Shown: positions 8,837-18,849, counted from the stretch's first letter. The stretch is 64,000 nucleotides of DNA from Alphaproteobacteria bacterium (GCA_965220745.1 CBDCQT010000003.1:174653-238652), one strand, 5' to 3'. Notes: a model not told the origin generated them from the letters alone. Numbers and translations: made by a program.

Positions 8837-10054
8837 ATGGCTAAGCTGCACTACAGGTCGATCTCGAAGCGCATGGTGGAGGCGCTGGAGGTGGACAGGG
8901 ACACGATCTTCTGGGACCGGGAGCTTTCGGGCTTCGGGGTGCGCGCCTATGCGTCTGGCAAGAAGGTGTACATCGTGCAGGCCCGCGCGAAGGGGAAGTC
9001 GCGGCGGGTCACGGTGGGCCGGCACGGGGTGCTGACGGCCGAGCAGGCGCGCCAGCGGGCGGCGCAGATGATCACGCGCATCAAGGCGGGGGAGGAGGTG
9101 AGCCCCAAGAGTCCCGAAGCGCCCAGGCCGGAGGGTCCGACGGTTGCAGAGCTGGCGGAGCGCTACCTGACGGAGCATGTGGCTGTCCGGTGCAAGCCGA
9201 GGACCGTGGAACTGTGCCGCCTGATGCTGAAGAACCACGTCCTTCCCGCGCTGGGCGACGTTCCCATCGAGGCCGTTGAGCGCAAGCAGGTGGCCGATCT
9301 TCACTTCCGCCTGCGCGACCGGCCGGCCACGGCGAACCACGTGGTTGCGGTTCTGTCGCGCATGTTCAATCGGGCGGAGGCGTGGGAGCTGGTGCCGGAG
9401 GGGACCAATCCGTGCCGCGCGTTTCCGAAGTACAAGACCCGCAAGCACGAGCGGTTTCTGACCGAGGAGGAGTTCCGGCGCCTTGGCCGCGTGCTGGCCG
9501 AGGCCGCCGACGAGGGCGGCGCGTCGAAGTACGCGGTGGCTGCGCTGCGCCTGCTGATGCTGACGGGGTGCCGTCGCAGCGAGATTCTGGGCCTGCGATG
9601 GGCCGACGTGGACCTGGAGGCGAAGGTGCTGCACCTCGCCGATTCGAAGACGGGTCCCAGGGCGGTGCCGCTGTCGCCTGCGGCGGCAAGGCTTCTGTCC
9701 GATCTGCCGCGCGTCACGGACAATCCCTGGGTGATTGTGGGCAAGAAGCGCGGCACGCACCTGCGCAACCTCAACCAGTCCTGGGACGTCATCCGCCGCC
9801 GCGCCGGTCTGGAGGACGTGCGGCTTCATGACCTGCGTCACAGCTGGGCCAGCAGGGCGCTTGCGCTGGGCGAGAGCCTGCCGATGATCGGCAGGCTGCT
9901 CGGTCACACGCAGGTCGAGACCACCGCGCGGTATGCGCACCTTGCGCGGGATTCCGTCAAGGAGTCGGCGGCCAAGGTCGCGGCCAGCATCGGGGAGGAC
10001 CTCTACAGGCACCGGGAGGCGGCTGGTGGTCATCTTCACCGGGCAGGCTCCTGA
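8837..10054 (+). CDS. Tyrosine recombinase/integrase, tandem paralogue (Int2)
   Basis: Same architecture; TGCRRSE, SKTG, HDLRH, LGH and TARYAH all intact. Confidence 0.95.
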   Translation: MAKLHYRSISKRMVEALEVDRDTIFWDRELSGFGVRAYASGKKVYIVQARAKGKSRRVTVGRHGVLTAEQARQRAAQMITRIKAGEEVSPKSPEAPRPEGPTVAELAERYLTEHVAVRCKPRTVELCRLMLKNHVLPALGDVPIEAVERKQVADLHFRLRDRPATANHVVAVLSRMFNRAEAWELVPEGTNPCRAFPKYKTRKHERFLTEEEFRRLGRVLAEAADEGGASKYAVAALRLLMLTGCRRSEILGLRWADVDLEAKVLHLADSKTGPRAVPLSPAAARLLSDLPRVTDNPWVIVGKKRGTHLRNLNQSWDVIRRRAGLEDVRLHDLRHSWASRALALGESLPMIGRLLGHTQVETTARYAHLARDSVKESAAKVAASIGEDLYRHREAAGGHLHRAGS

Positions 10055-10096
10055 GCGGTGAGCGCTGACGCTCATCCGCTCGTTTAGGATCGGCCC

Positions 10097-11101
10097 ATGC
10101 ACTTCGTCGCTCTCGTCGCCGCGCTTCTGGCACTCCCGTCGTTGGCCTTCGCCGCCTGCGAGGGGCAGGACTGGCGTACCCAGCTTGCGCCGGAGACGAT
10201 GCAGGAGATTCGGGACAGCCTGGCGCACGTGCCGTTTCACCGGGGGATCGCGTTCGAGGCGGTCCGCGGCGAGAGCCGGCTCACCCTGTTCGGCACCGTC
10301 CACGTGTACGATCGAGGCGTCCATGTCCCGGACGATATCGCCGCGCGCATCCGCTCGGCCGACCTCGTTCTCGTGGAAGCGACGCCGGAGGTGATGGCGT
10401 CCTTCCGGCAGAGGCTGGCGGAGGACTACGCGCTGTCGTTCGATGTGTCCGGCCCTCGTCTCTGGAGCCGTCTCACGCCTCGGGAGTGGGCCGTCCTTCT
10501 CCGCGCCCTCCTGGCCCGGGGCATTGATGCCGAGGTGGCCGAGCGGATGCGGCCCTGGTTCGCCGCTGCCATGCTGGAGCAAGCCCCTTGCGACATTGCT
10601 GCCAGGGCGGAGGGCGGCAAGATCCTCGACGAGCGGGTCGAGGCGCTGGCGCGCGATGCGGGTGTGGCCGTGGGCGGCCTGGACGAGGATGCGGAGCGGC
10701 TTCTGACCTACTTCTCCGGTCTGCCGGAGGACGAGCAGCTCGATCTTCTGCGCCTGACGCTCGCGTCCCACGCGTCGGACGGCAGCCAGATCGTGACGCT
10801 GGTGCGCGGTTGGCAGGACGGCGAGGTGGCTCTTGCGTGGGAGGTTGCCAACGCCCGCGCTGCCGCGCTCACCGGGGACGGCGCGGCGGTTGAGGCGTGG
10901 TTCGCCCGGCTGCACGAGGTTCTCGTGGCGGCGCGCAATCGGGAGTGGATGCGGCGGCTTCTGGAGTTGAGCGGCGCGGTCCCGCATATCGTCGTAGCGG
11001 TCGGTGCGATGCATCTTCCTGGCGAGGACGGGCTTCTGCGTCTGCTCGAGCGGCGCGGCTTCGCGATCCGTACCCTGATCCTGGCGCCGCGAGACGGATG
11101 A
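10097..11101 (+). CDS. TraB/GumN (Tiki-like) family exported protein
   Basis: Signal peptide; LFGTVH, MRPW, RNREW, VAVGAMHLPGEDGLLRLL..RGF. Confidence 0.88.
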   Translation: MHFVALVAALLALPSLAFAACEGQDWRTQLAPETMQEIRDSLAHVPFHRGIAFEAVRGESRLTLFGTVHVYDRGVHVPDDIAARIRSADLVLVEATPEVMASFRQRLAEDYALSFDVSGPRLWSRLTPREWAVLLRALLARGIDAEVAERMRPWFAAAMLEQAPCDIAARAEGGKILDERVEALARDAGVAVGGLDEDAERLLTYFSGLPEDEQLDLLRLTLASHASDGSQIVTLVRGWQDGEVALAWEVANARAAALTGDGAAVEAWFARLHEVLVAARNREWMRRLLELSGAVPHIVVAVGAMHLPGEDGLLRLLERRGFAIRTLILAPRDG

Positions 11102-11461
11102 GGGTTCGACGGGCTTGCCCGGCATGAGCCGGGGACGCCGGAAACGGCGAGATGCTGCAGCTGTGACGGCCTCCGAATCACCGGCGGCCTTGCTCACCGT
11201 GTCCGGCGTGGTGGCCGCGTCGGTGGACCAGGACGCAGGCGGCACCCCCTCCCCGATCATGACGCCTCGCCGCTGGCTGCGCTGCTCGCGAGCGGCAAGG
11301 AGCGCGGCCATGTCGCCGGCACCGGTTTCGGCCGGGAACTCTCATTGACGCGCGGATACATCCACCGGATCGCGAGCGGAACCCTGCGGAGGTTGAAGCG
11401 CCCCTCGCGTGCTTCGCAGCCTCCGCGATCCCTGTGCTGTCCTCTCCACCCCGCATCGCCG

Positions 11462-11920
11462 TCAGCGCATGAAGCGGGCGCGGTTGCCCCGCCCCGCGCG
11501 GCGGCGCAGGGAGACGACGGCCGCCCACGCCGGCAGACTTCCAGCCGCCGCGCAGACGACCACCGCGAACGGCCCGAGCATGGCGGCCTGCGCGCACCCG
11601 GCGACAGTCAGTGGGGCCAGGACCGCCGCAAGCCACCATGCCGTTCCTGCGCGACCCCTGCGCCTCAGCGCAGCGACAGGCAGAGCCAGCAGCAGGCCCG
11701 CCGGCGCCAGCAGGACCAGGTCCGGCGATATGACCGGACCCAGCTGCTCGGGCTGCCCGCCGGCAGCGAGGAACGCGAGGCAACAGCCGGCCGGCAGCCA
11801 GACCAGACCCAGCGCCGCACCTGCCAGGCGTTGCCCGCGCTGTCCGCCCTTCATCCGGTGCCGGCCGTCGAACGGCCGCGGGGGATAGCGCACGTGCGTC
11901 AGCGAGATCGGCTCGGTCAT
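11462..11920 (-). CDS. Hypothetical membrane protein
   Basis: About four hydrophobic segments; start uncertain. Confidence 0.45.
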   Translation of the reverse strand: MTEPISLTHVRYPPRPFDGRHRMKGGQRGQRLAGAALGLVWLPAGCCLAFLAAGGQPEQLGPVISPDLVLLAPAGLLLALPVAALRRRGRAGTAWWLAAVLAPLTVAGCAQAAMLGPFAVVVCAAAGSLPAWAAVVSLRRRAGRGNRARFMR

Positions 11921-12057
11921 GAAAGTCGTCCGCGGCGGGATGGCGCGCAATAGGTCAGAACGGCGCCCGCACTGCAAGCCCGCAGGTCATGCCCGAGCCG
12001 GCCCTACTCCTCTCCTCCCCGCCGCCTCCTCGACGGGCCCCGGGTCCGCAGCCGGTC

Positions 12058-12170
12058 CCGCGCGGTTCAGCACACTCACGCGCAGGCACACGTCGCGGCC
12101 GCCATCGTCGGAGGCGACGAAGCCGAAGCCCTTGCCGGCGTCGTGGAACTTGACCACGCCGAGCAGCCCC
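12058..12170 (-). pseudogene. Cold-shock domain fragment
   Basis: Manual translation GVVKFHDAGKGFGFVASDDGGRDVCLRVSVLNRAG (RNP1 KGFGFV); no proper start, truncated. Confidence 0.7.
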
Positions 12171-12387
12171 TCTACCGGCGCTCCAGCCGTCTCTCTCCGC
12201 TGCCCGTGCCGGTCATCCGCCGTCCCGCGCGTTCACAATACCGTCAAGGGGGCAAAATCGCTTTCGCGCACCGCCGACGTTCAGCCACAATGACATGGGT
12301 TTCGCGCGGCGCGGCTGCCCGAAGAGGCGGCGCGAAGCCACGATCCCAGGAAACCGGCAACGCGCCTGCGAGGAGGACGTACCGAAG

Positions 12388-12612
12388 ATGATCAAGGAAA
12401 CTGTGGTCGCCGTGAGTATCGTCACCATGGCGGCCGGTGCCGCTCTTGCGCCGACGGCCGTATCCGCCGATGACGGGCGGATCGTCGTCGCGGACTCGCA
12501 TGATCCGTGCAACCCGTGCGCGGCATGCAACCCGTGCGCAGCAGACCCCTGCAACCCGTGTGCTGCGTGCAATCCGTGTTGCGCCGATCCCTGCAACCCT
12601 TGTGCCTGCTGA
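12388..12612 (+). CDS. Small exported Cys-rich CNPC-repeat protein (74 aa)
   Basis: AGGAGG at 12371, signal peptide, five CNPC units, 12 Cys in the C-terminal half. Confidence 0.8.
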   Translation: MIKETVVAVSIVTMAAGAALAPTAVSADDGRIVVADSHDPCNPCAACNPCAADPCNPCAACNPCCADPCNPCAC

Positions 12613-12641
12613 CGCGTCGCGCATTTCCGATCTTTTCCGGG

Positions 12642-12668
12642 GACGCCGCCTCAAGAGAGGCGGCGTTC
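12642..12668 (+). terminator. Hairpin downstream of the CNPC gene
   Basis: ACGCCGCCTC-AAGA-GAGGCGGCGT, short U tract. Confidence 0.5.
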
Positions 12669-12781
12669 TTACGTTGAGCCCCGCGCCTTTCGCCGCCATG
12701 GGGTCCGCACACCGGCGTGAGGGCTATGAGGGCGACTCGGAGACCGGCACTAAGGTGACGTTCTCGCCAAATCTCCACTCT

Positions 12782-12821
12782 CTTGACTGCATCTGCCCCC
12801 ACTTGACTGCATCTGCCCCCA
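12782..12821. repeat. 20-bp tandem repeat x2
   Basis: CTTGACTGCATCTGCCCCCA twice. Confidence 0.9.
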
Positions 12822-12914
12822 TAAGAGGGAGAGGCCGGCCGTGACGCGGGCGGCGGGGGCGGCGCTGCGAAGAGCGTTTCCCCCGCGGCGACCACGGACG
12901 AGGGGGAACGGACG

Positions 12915-13238
12915 ATGCGGACCGGCCGGATGTTCCATCGCGACGCGCAGACCTATCTGGTGCATTTGTTCGGCAGAGGCCTCGACGACGAGCGCTACGT
13001 GGTCGAGACGTACCGCTCGCGTCCCGACGGGCGGATCGAGCCCGTCGAGCCGGAGCAGTCCAGGACGAAAGGGCGACGCAGGCAACGACGCACGATCGCG
13101 AGCTTGGCCGCGGTGAAGAAAATGCGGCCCGAACGCGACCAGATCATCGTCTGCACGGGCGTCAAGCTGGCAGGCTCCGGGGTCCAGCTCTACGGATGGC
13201 AGGCGACGGGCCTGGTCGCCGCCCGCTACGCGCGCTGA
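12915..13238 (+). CDS. Hypothetical protein
   Basis: GAGGGGG RBS, protein-like composition, stop 15 bp before the next ORF. Confidence 0.65.
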   Translation: MRTGRMFHRDAQTYLVHLFGRGLDDERYVVETYRSRPDGRIEPVEPEQSRTKGRRRQRRTIASLAAVKKMRPERDQIIVCTGVKLAGSGVQLYGWQATGLVAARYAR

Positions 13239-13253
13239 CCGGGGTGGCCGGCC

Positions 13254-14063
13254 ATGCCGCTCAAGGACCCGGTGAATAAGCAGGCGCGGGATCGCCGCCT
13301 CCGCCAGCGCCACGCCGCTCGCCTCAAGAAGCGTTTGTGTACCCGGTGCGGCCGCGTTCCGCCCGAGCCCGGCCTCAAGGTATGTACCGACTGTGCGGAG
13401 AAGCGCCGCACCGCCGACCGCGCCCGCCGGGCGAAGGCGCGGGCCAAGGGTCTCCCCTACGCCGGCCGCGATCCGGAGCGCTGCCGCCGAGCCGACCGCG
13501 CCGGCGACAGGCGGCGGCGGAGGGCGTGGAAGGAGGCAGGGCTGTGTACATCCTGCGGCCGCCGCCGGCCGGAGGACAACCGCTCCGTCTGCGAGCCGTG
13601 CCGCAAGGCTCGGCGCGCACTCGACCGCCGGCGCTATGCTGCGCGAAAGGCCGCCGGTCGCTGCGTGCGCTGCACGCAGCCCACGGTCGGCGGTTTATCC
13701 AGATGCGGCCGGTGCTCGGCGCTGGCGGCGGAACGCGCGTCTCCCGAACGGGAGAGCGCCGTCAGCAGGAAACGATACGCCGCCCGCCGCGCGCAGGGCG
13801 CGTGTGTGGATTGTGGAGTTCCCGCCGGTGGCTCGGCCCGCTGTGAGCGCTGCGCATATCGGTCCAACTCCCGCGCGCCCGAGCGTCATCTCGTGTCGAT
13901 GTGGCCGCCGCAGATCACCGTGATCGAGTTGGAGACGGGCGAGGAGCTGGGCGTCTTCGAGACCGAGGCCGAGGCGGCCGCCTGCATCGTCTTCGCCGGG
14001 CTGCGGCCCGACCAGGTGGAAGTGCGGACCAACGTGCCCCTCCTCGCGATTTGCGCACGGTGA
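13254..14063 (+). CDS. Arg-rich protein with four CxxC...CxxC zinc-finger modules
   Basis: CTRC..CTDC, CTSC..CEPC, CVRC..CGRC, CVDC..CERC; acidic C-terminal domain. Confidence 0.75.
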   Translation: MPLKDPVNKQARDRRLRQRHAARLKKRLCTRCGRVPPEPGLKVCTDCAEKRRTADRARRAKARAKGLPYAGRDPERCRRADRAGDRRRRRAWKEAGLCTSCGRRRPEDNRSVCEPCRKARRALDRRRYAARKAAGRCVRCTQPTVGGLSRCGRCSALAAERASPERESAVSRKRYAARRAQGACVDCGVPAGGSARCERCAYRSNSRAPERHLVSMWPPQITVIELETGEELGVFETEAEAAACIVFAGLRPDQVEVRTNVPLLAICAR

Positions 14064-14258
14064 CCGTCCGCACGGTGACCGTCCACACCCCGCCAGGCAA
14101 GCACCGGCGGGGGGAAGGTGCCCAGGTCCGCCGGGACCTTCCGCAATCTGCGGCCGTCGGGGGCGTGCCGGCGGTCAAGGCGCTCTTGCGGACAAATCGC
14201 CTTGACGCAGGACGTGACGATCCATGAATGTACTATCTACTAGCGTGAGGGAAGAGCC

Positions 14259-14507
14259 ATGCGCACCGTCTCCCTGATGACCGCCAACCAGGAGTTCTCG
14301 AAGCTCGTCCGCGAGGTCGAGCGCGGAGAGGGCTTCCTGATCACCCGGCGGGGCCGGCCCGTCGCCAAGCTCGTGCCCCACAGCGCCGACAAGGACGCCG
14401 ATCCCGAGTGGGCGGCGGCCCATCGGCGCATGATGGCGCGGCTGAAGGAGGGAGCGTCGCTCGGCGGCCTCAGGATCGAACGGACCGCGCTTTATGACCG
14501 CGGTTAG
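14259..14507 (+). CDS. vapB: Phd/YefM-type antitoxin
   Basis: ANQEFSKLVREVERGE.FLITRRGRPVAKLVP; overlaps the PIN toxin gene. Confidence 0.9.
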   Translation: MRTVSLMTANQEFSKLVREVERGEGFLITRRGRPVAKLVPHSADKDADPEWAAAHRRMMARLKEGASLGGLRIERTALYDRG

Positions 14508-14955
14508 GGGGCGCTTCTCGCTGGATACCAACATTCTGGTCTATGCGGTCGACCGTGACGGCAGCGAGCGGCACTGGCTCTCCATGGAGTTGGTGGGGCG
14601 GGCGGCCCGGCGCGACTGCGTCCTGACGGTTCAGGCGCTGGCCGAGTTCTTTCATGCCACCACCCGGAAGGGCCTGCTCGAACCGTCCGAGGCCGGCCGG
14701 TTCGTGCGCGACTGGCTGGAGGTGTTCGAGGTCGCATCGGCCGACGGCGCGGCTCTCGCCGAGGCGATGGCAGCGGTGGACGAGCACCGGTTCTCGTTCT
14801 GGGACGCGATGCTTTGGGCGACCGCGAAGCGGGCGGGCTGCTCTGTCCTCGTGAGCGAAGACATGCAGCATGGACGCCGTCTCGGCGGTGTGGAGTTCGT
14901 CAACCCGTTTGCGCCCGACGGCCCCTCGGCGATGGCGACGATGTTCGATCTGTGA
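14494..14955 (+). CDS. vapC: PIN-domain toxin
   Basis: LDTNILVYA, QALAEF, SFWDAMLWATA, SEDMQHG, VNPF. Confidence 0.92.
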   Translation: MTAVRGRFSLDTNILVYAVDRDGSERHWLSMELVGRAARRDCVLTVQALAEFFHATTRKGLLEPSEAGRFVRDWLEVFEVASADGAALAEAMAAVDEHRFSFWDAMLWATAKRAGCSVLVSEDMQHGRRLGGVEFVNPFAPDGPSAMATMFDL

Positions 14956-15284
14956 GCTCCGCCGGCTAACCCGAGCTCTGCGCCTCCCGGCCCCGCAGGC
15001 CGTCCCGCCCCTGGCGCTCCCGCCGACGCGGCACCGAGCCGCCGCACCCCTCAAGCAAGGGCCGCATCCCGCTCTACCGATCCTCCTGGCGCCGTGCGTA
15101 GCGCCGCCATCGTGGCGGCCGGAAGTGCGGGCTGCGATGTCCTTGAGAACCCTGCAGGCCCCGGAGCAGGCCGCTGCCGGGAGGAGGAGAGGGACCTGGA
15201 GGAGGGTGAACGGAGGAGGTCACGAGAGAGATCGATCCGTTCGCCAACCTTCGTCATCAACTCGGAAGAACAGGAGACAAGACC

Positions 15285-15737
15285 ATGTCGTTCGGATTGA
15301 ACAGGGCGGAAGTCATTGGGCGCCTGGGCGCAGACGTCACCATCAGCAACCTCGCCTCCGGCGGGCGCGTCGCCAATATGAGCGTGGCGACCGACGAGAG
15401 CTACCTGGAGAAAAATTCAGGGACCCGGATCGACAAGACAGAGTGGCACCGGGTCGTCAGCTTCCAGGGCGGGCTGATCGACATGCTGGAGAAGCACGCG
15501 AAGAAGGGCCGCCTCGTCTACGTCGCGGGCAAGCTGCAGACCAGGAAGTGGCGGAAGGACGGCGAGGACAGCGACCGGTTCTCGACCGAGATCCTGCTGG
15601 TCCCCGGTGGCCGCGTGCAGTTTCTTGATCGTCCTGCCGGGGCCAACGGCAACGGTTCCCAGCCGGCGAACGGCGAGGCGGCGGAGGCCGCAACCGGCGC
15701 CGGCGAGACTGGCAGCGGCTCAGACTTGCCGTTCTGA
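15285..15737 (+). CDS. ssb: Single-stranded DNA-binding protein
   Basis: LNRAEVIGRLGAD, TEWHRVV, KGRLVYVAGKLQTRKW, C-terminal DLPF. Confidence 0.95.
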   Translation: MSFGLNRAEVIGRLGADVTISNLASGGRVANMSVATDESYLEKNSGTRIDKTEWHRVVSFQGGLIDMLEKHAKKGRLVYVAGKLQTRKWRKDGEDSDRFSTEILLVPGGRVQFLDRPAGANGNGSQPANGEAAEAATGAGETGSGSDLPF

Positions 15738-15781
15738 GCCAAGACCCCGCAGCGGGCCTTCCCCGCCCGCTCGCCCCAGAG

Positions 15782-15819
15782 CCCGCCCCGCGTTCCTCCC
15801 GCGCGGGGCGGGTTTTTTT
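15782..15819 (+). terminator. Intrinsic terminator after ssb
   Basis: CCCGCCCCGCG...CGCGGGGCGGG followed by T7. Confidence 0.85.
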
Positions 15820-16022
15820 GCAGCCTGATCCGAGCCCCCCGCAGGTCGGACGGCGCGCCGTGCGCTTCACACGCCACCCCCCCGTCCCGGCGCCGGCGAG
15901 AGGTCGGTCGTGGCCGGGACCGGGGCGCGTCCAACGCAGCGTCCCGAGAGGTCTCTCATGCTCCCCATGACCGCCGACGGTCCCGGCTTCGCCGGTTCCG
16001 GCCTGATCCAGAAGTATGCGCC

Positions 16023-17006
16023 ATGAACGCGGCCGCCGTCGCCGCAGCGCTCGCCGAGCGCGCCGAGGAGGTCTGCCGCCGATACCTGCCCTACGGACGC
16101 CGCCGGGGCCGGTATTGGGTCGCGGGCGACCTCGACGGCGGGCGCGGCCGATCCCTCTACGTCCGTCTCGCGCCTCCGGGCACGCCGGGGAAATTCACCG
16201 ATGCCGCCGCGGGGCAGCATGGCGATCTTCTCGACATCATCCGCCACCGCATCAACGCGCCGACGCTTCGCGCGGCGCTCGACGAGGCCCGCGCCTTCCT
16301 CGCCCGGCCGGCTGCCCCGGCTGCGGGCTCGGGCGACGCCTACGACGCCACCGAGGCGGCACGCCGCCTCTGGCGCCGATGCCGCGCCATCGACGGCACC
16401 CATGCGGAAGCCTACCTGCACGCCAGGGGTCTCGCGCGCTGCCGCTTCCCCGCGCTGCGCTACCACCCAGCGTTGCTTTACAGGGACGGCGGCGGCGTGC
16501 GCCGCCTGCCTGCGATGGTCGCCGCCGTCACCGCTCACGACGGCGACATCATCACCGGCGTCCATCGCACATGGTTGGACCCTCAGCGTCCCGCGAAGGC
16601 AAATCTCTCATCGCCGCGCAAGGCCCTCGGGCGGATCTTCGGACATGCCGTCCGCTTCGGCGACCCCGCCGACGGAGCTTCGCTCCTCGTCGGCGAGGGC
16701 ATCGAGACGGTGCTGTCGCTGGTGACCGCCTCGCCCGAGGTCACCGCCGCCGCAGCGCTGTCGGCCGGCAGCCTCGGCGCATTCGCGCCGCCTGCCGGCG
16801 TCACGCGGCTGGTGATCGCGCGCGACAACGACCCCGAGGGAGAGCGTGCCGTCGAGCGCCTCGCCCGGCGCTGCGCGCGGGCGGGCGTCGCCGCCACCGT
16901 CATCGTGCCTCGCGGCTCCGACTTCAACGAGGACTTGCTCACCTTCGGCCCCGCCGCGCTCGCCGCCTGGACGGCGGCCGCGCTCGCAGACCGGGAGCCC
17001 GGGTGA
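16023..17006 (+). CDS. Toprim-domain primase-like protein of ICE/plasmid backbones
   Basis: GDLLDII, AEAYLHARG, GVHRTWL, VGEGIETVLS, IARDND, DFNEDL. Confidence 0.85.
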   Translation: MNAAAVAAALAERAEEVCRRYLPYGRRRGRYWVAGDLDGGRGRSLYVRLAPPGTPGKFTDAAAGQHGDLLDIIRHRINAPTLRAALDEARAFLARPAAPAAGSGDAYDATEAARRLWRRCRAIDGTHAEAYLHARGLARCRFPALRYHPALLYRDGGGVRRLPAMVAAVTAHDGDIITGVHRTWLDPQRPAKANLSSPRKALGRIFGHAVRFGDPADGASLLVGEGIETVLSLVTASPEVTAAAALSAGSLGAFAPPAGVTRLVIARDNDPEGERAVERLARRCARAGVAATVIVPRGSDFNEDLLTFGPAALAAWTAAALADREPG

Positions 17007-17083
17007 GGGCAGCCAGGGGGCGAGCCGCATGGAGAGGAGAGAGAGTCCTCTCCGTGCCGGCAGCACGCTACGGGGAGAAGACC

Positions 17084-17311
17084 ATGAGCAGCGACATCGG
17101 GTTCCGGCGGGTGGGCGAGAACGAGGCCAGGGTCTATCAGGACGGCGACCACGTCGGTGACGTCTATCGCCACGACGACATCCTGAACCCCGGCGAAGTG
17201 TTCTACGTGGTACATCTCAGCGAGGATCCCCGCGGCCCCGTCAGGGTGCACGAGCGCCATCGCGTCCGCGAGGTCGCCCGCCACCTCCTCGACACCCACC
17301 CGATGCTCTGA
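17084..17311 (+). CDS. Hypothetical protein (75 aa)
   Basis: GGGGAG RBS and ATG; protein-like composition. Confidence 0.6.
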   Translation: MSSDIGFRRVGENEARVYQDGDHVGDVYRHDDILNPGEVFYVVHLSEDPRGPVRVHERHRVREVARHLLDTHPML

Positions 17312-17908
17312 GCGGTGACCAGCGCCACCGGCGGTGTCATCGGCGGCACCGGGAGCGGCTCGCCCTCGATCCCGTTGCCCGGCCCGCGGCTGGCACCGCG
17401 CCTTTCATCGCTGCGGCGGTGCCACGCCGCTCTCTTGCAGGAAACAAAAACAAGGGTCCGTCCGTCGTGTCCTTCGATGATTTCACGCGTGCTCGCGGCA
17501 GCAACCCTGCGGGTGTACCACCCTTAGGGTGCTTCGGTCGCTCCGCTCCCTTCGCCCTTCCCCAAGACCTCCTAAGACCGGCCGTGAAGATGCCCGACCG
17601 TGAAGTCGGCTCGCCTGAACTCTCCAACGCCTCGTCTGAGGCGCACCGGCCCCTCTCGCGGGGCCGGTGCGTCGGCCCGGCGCTAGCAGTTCTTGAGAAG
17701 GCCAACTCGAAACGCGGCCAGTCACAAAGGCGGCGCGCCGGGCCTCCCAGGATCAGAGAGCGCCGACTTCCGCACCATCGGGCATCTTCCGCACCAAGAC
17801 CGGTCCAAGGAGCTCTAGGGGAAGGTGCTGCCCCTGCGCGCGCGTGAATCAGAAAGGACATCACAACGGGGCACAGGGTCCCGGAGGTTGAACCAACAGG
17901 AGATCGTC

Positions 17909-18829
17909 ATGATCGACACCACAAGCGCTACCGCATCCGCTTCTTCCACTGCCACGGTCTGCGAGAGCATGGCCCTCTACGGCGCAGCGCCCGAGCGCGG
18001 CGAGCTCGACAGCAGGGTCGTCTGGGACGAGGACGACGCCATCGACGCGCTGAACGAAGCCATCCGCGTCATCGTCGACGGCATCACCGTCGACGGCACG
18101 CAGATGGCCGACGAGCGCGAGCCCCTCATGTGGGGCCTGACCAACATGCTGCACTCCCAGGTCACCCGCCTCGACCGCGCCGTCGACCGCATCGCGCCCG
18201 AGATGCGCGACCTCGAGAAGGCGCAGGATGGATCGGAGGTGAAGGCGCACGAGCTCGAGACGATGACCGACCGTGCCCAGAACCTCGGCGACCGGCGCGA
18301 CGCCTTCGAGAAGATGCGCGACCTCGCCGCCGACGCCTACCGCGTCGAGACCGGCGACACATGGCGCCCGAGGCACGGCTCGCACACGAGCCAGACCGGA
18401 CAGCTCACCTCCGCCGCCATCGACGCCCGCGACTTCAGGCGCGCACGCAAGGACCGCGAGACCCGCGCGCACCTGCCCGAGGGCACCCTGGTCGCCATCA
18501 CCGGCGGCAAGACCGTTGCCGATGCCGACGCGGTCTGGAGCACGCTCGACATGGCGCGTGCGAAGTACGGCGACATGGTCCTGCTGCATGGTGGCGGTCC
18601 CGGCGTCGAGAAGGTCGCCGCAAGCTGGGCCGAGGCCAGAGGCGTCAACCAGGTCGTCTGCCGCCCCGACTGGACCGCGCACGGCAAGGCCGCGCCCTTC
18701 CGCCGCAACGACGAGCTGCTCAACTTCCTGCCCAAGGGCGTCATCGCCTTCCCCGGCAGCGGCATCACAGGCAACCTCGTCGACAAGGCGAAGACGTTGG
18801 GTATACCCGTGATGACCGTGGCCGCGTAA
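17909..18829 (+). CDS. DUF2493 / SLOG (YspA-like) domain protein
   Basis: VAITGG, VLLHGG, AASWAEARGV, HGKAAPFRRND, IAFPGSGITGNLVDKA; AGGAG RBS. Confidence 0.85.
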   Translation: MIDTTSATASASSTATVCESMALYGAAPERGELDSRVVWDEDDAIDALNEAIRVIVDGITVDGTQMADEREPLMWGLTNMLHSQVTRLDRAVDRIAPEMRDLEKAQDGSEVKAHELETMTDRAQNLGDRRDAFEKMRDLAADAYRVETGDTWRPRHGSHTSQTGQLTSAAIDARDFRRARKDRETRAHLPEGTLVAITGGKTVADADAVWSTLDMARAKYGDMVLLHGGGPGVEKVAASWAEARGVNQVVCRPDWTAHGKAAPFRRNDELLNFLPKGVIAFPGSGITGNLVDKAKTLGIPVMTVAA

Positions 18830-18849
18830 GCAGCGCGCGCGTCCTCGAC

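Noticed and set aside
7634-11311. 1225-aa minus-strand ORF
   Set aside because: Antisense shadow of the integrases and TraB/GumN gene in high-GC DNA; no motifs.
15064-15072. CATCCCG as a MOBP-type nic site
   Set aside because: Too short to be significant, and the relaxases here are MOBF.
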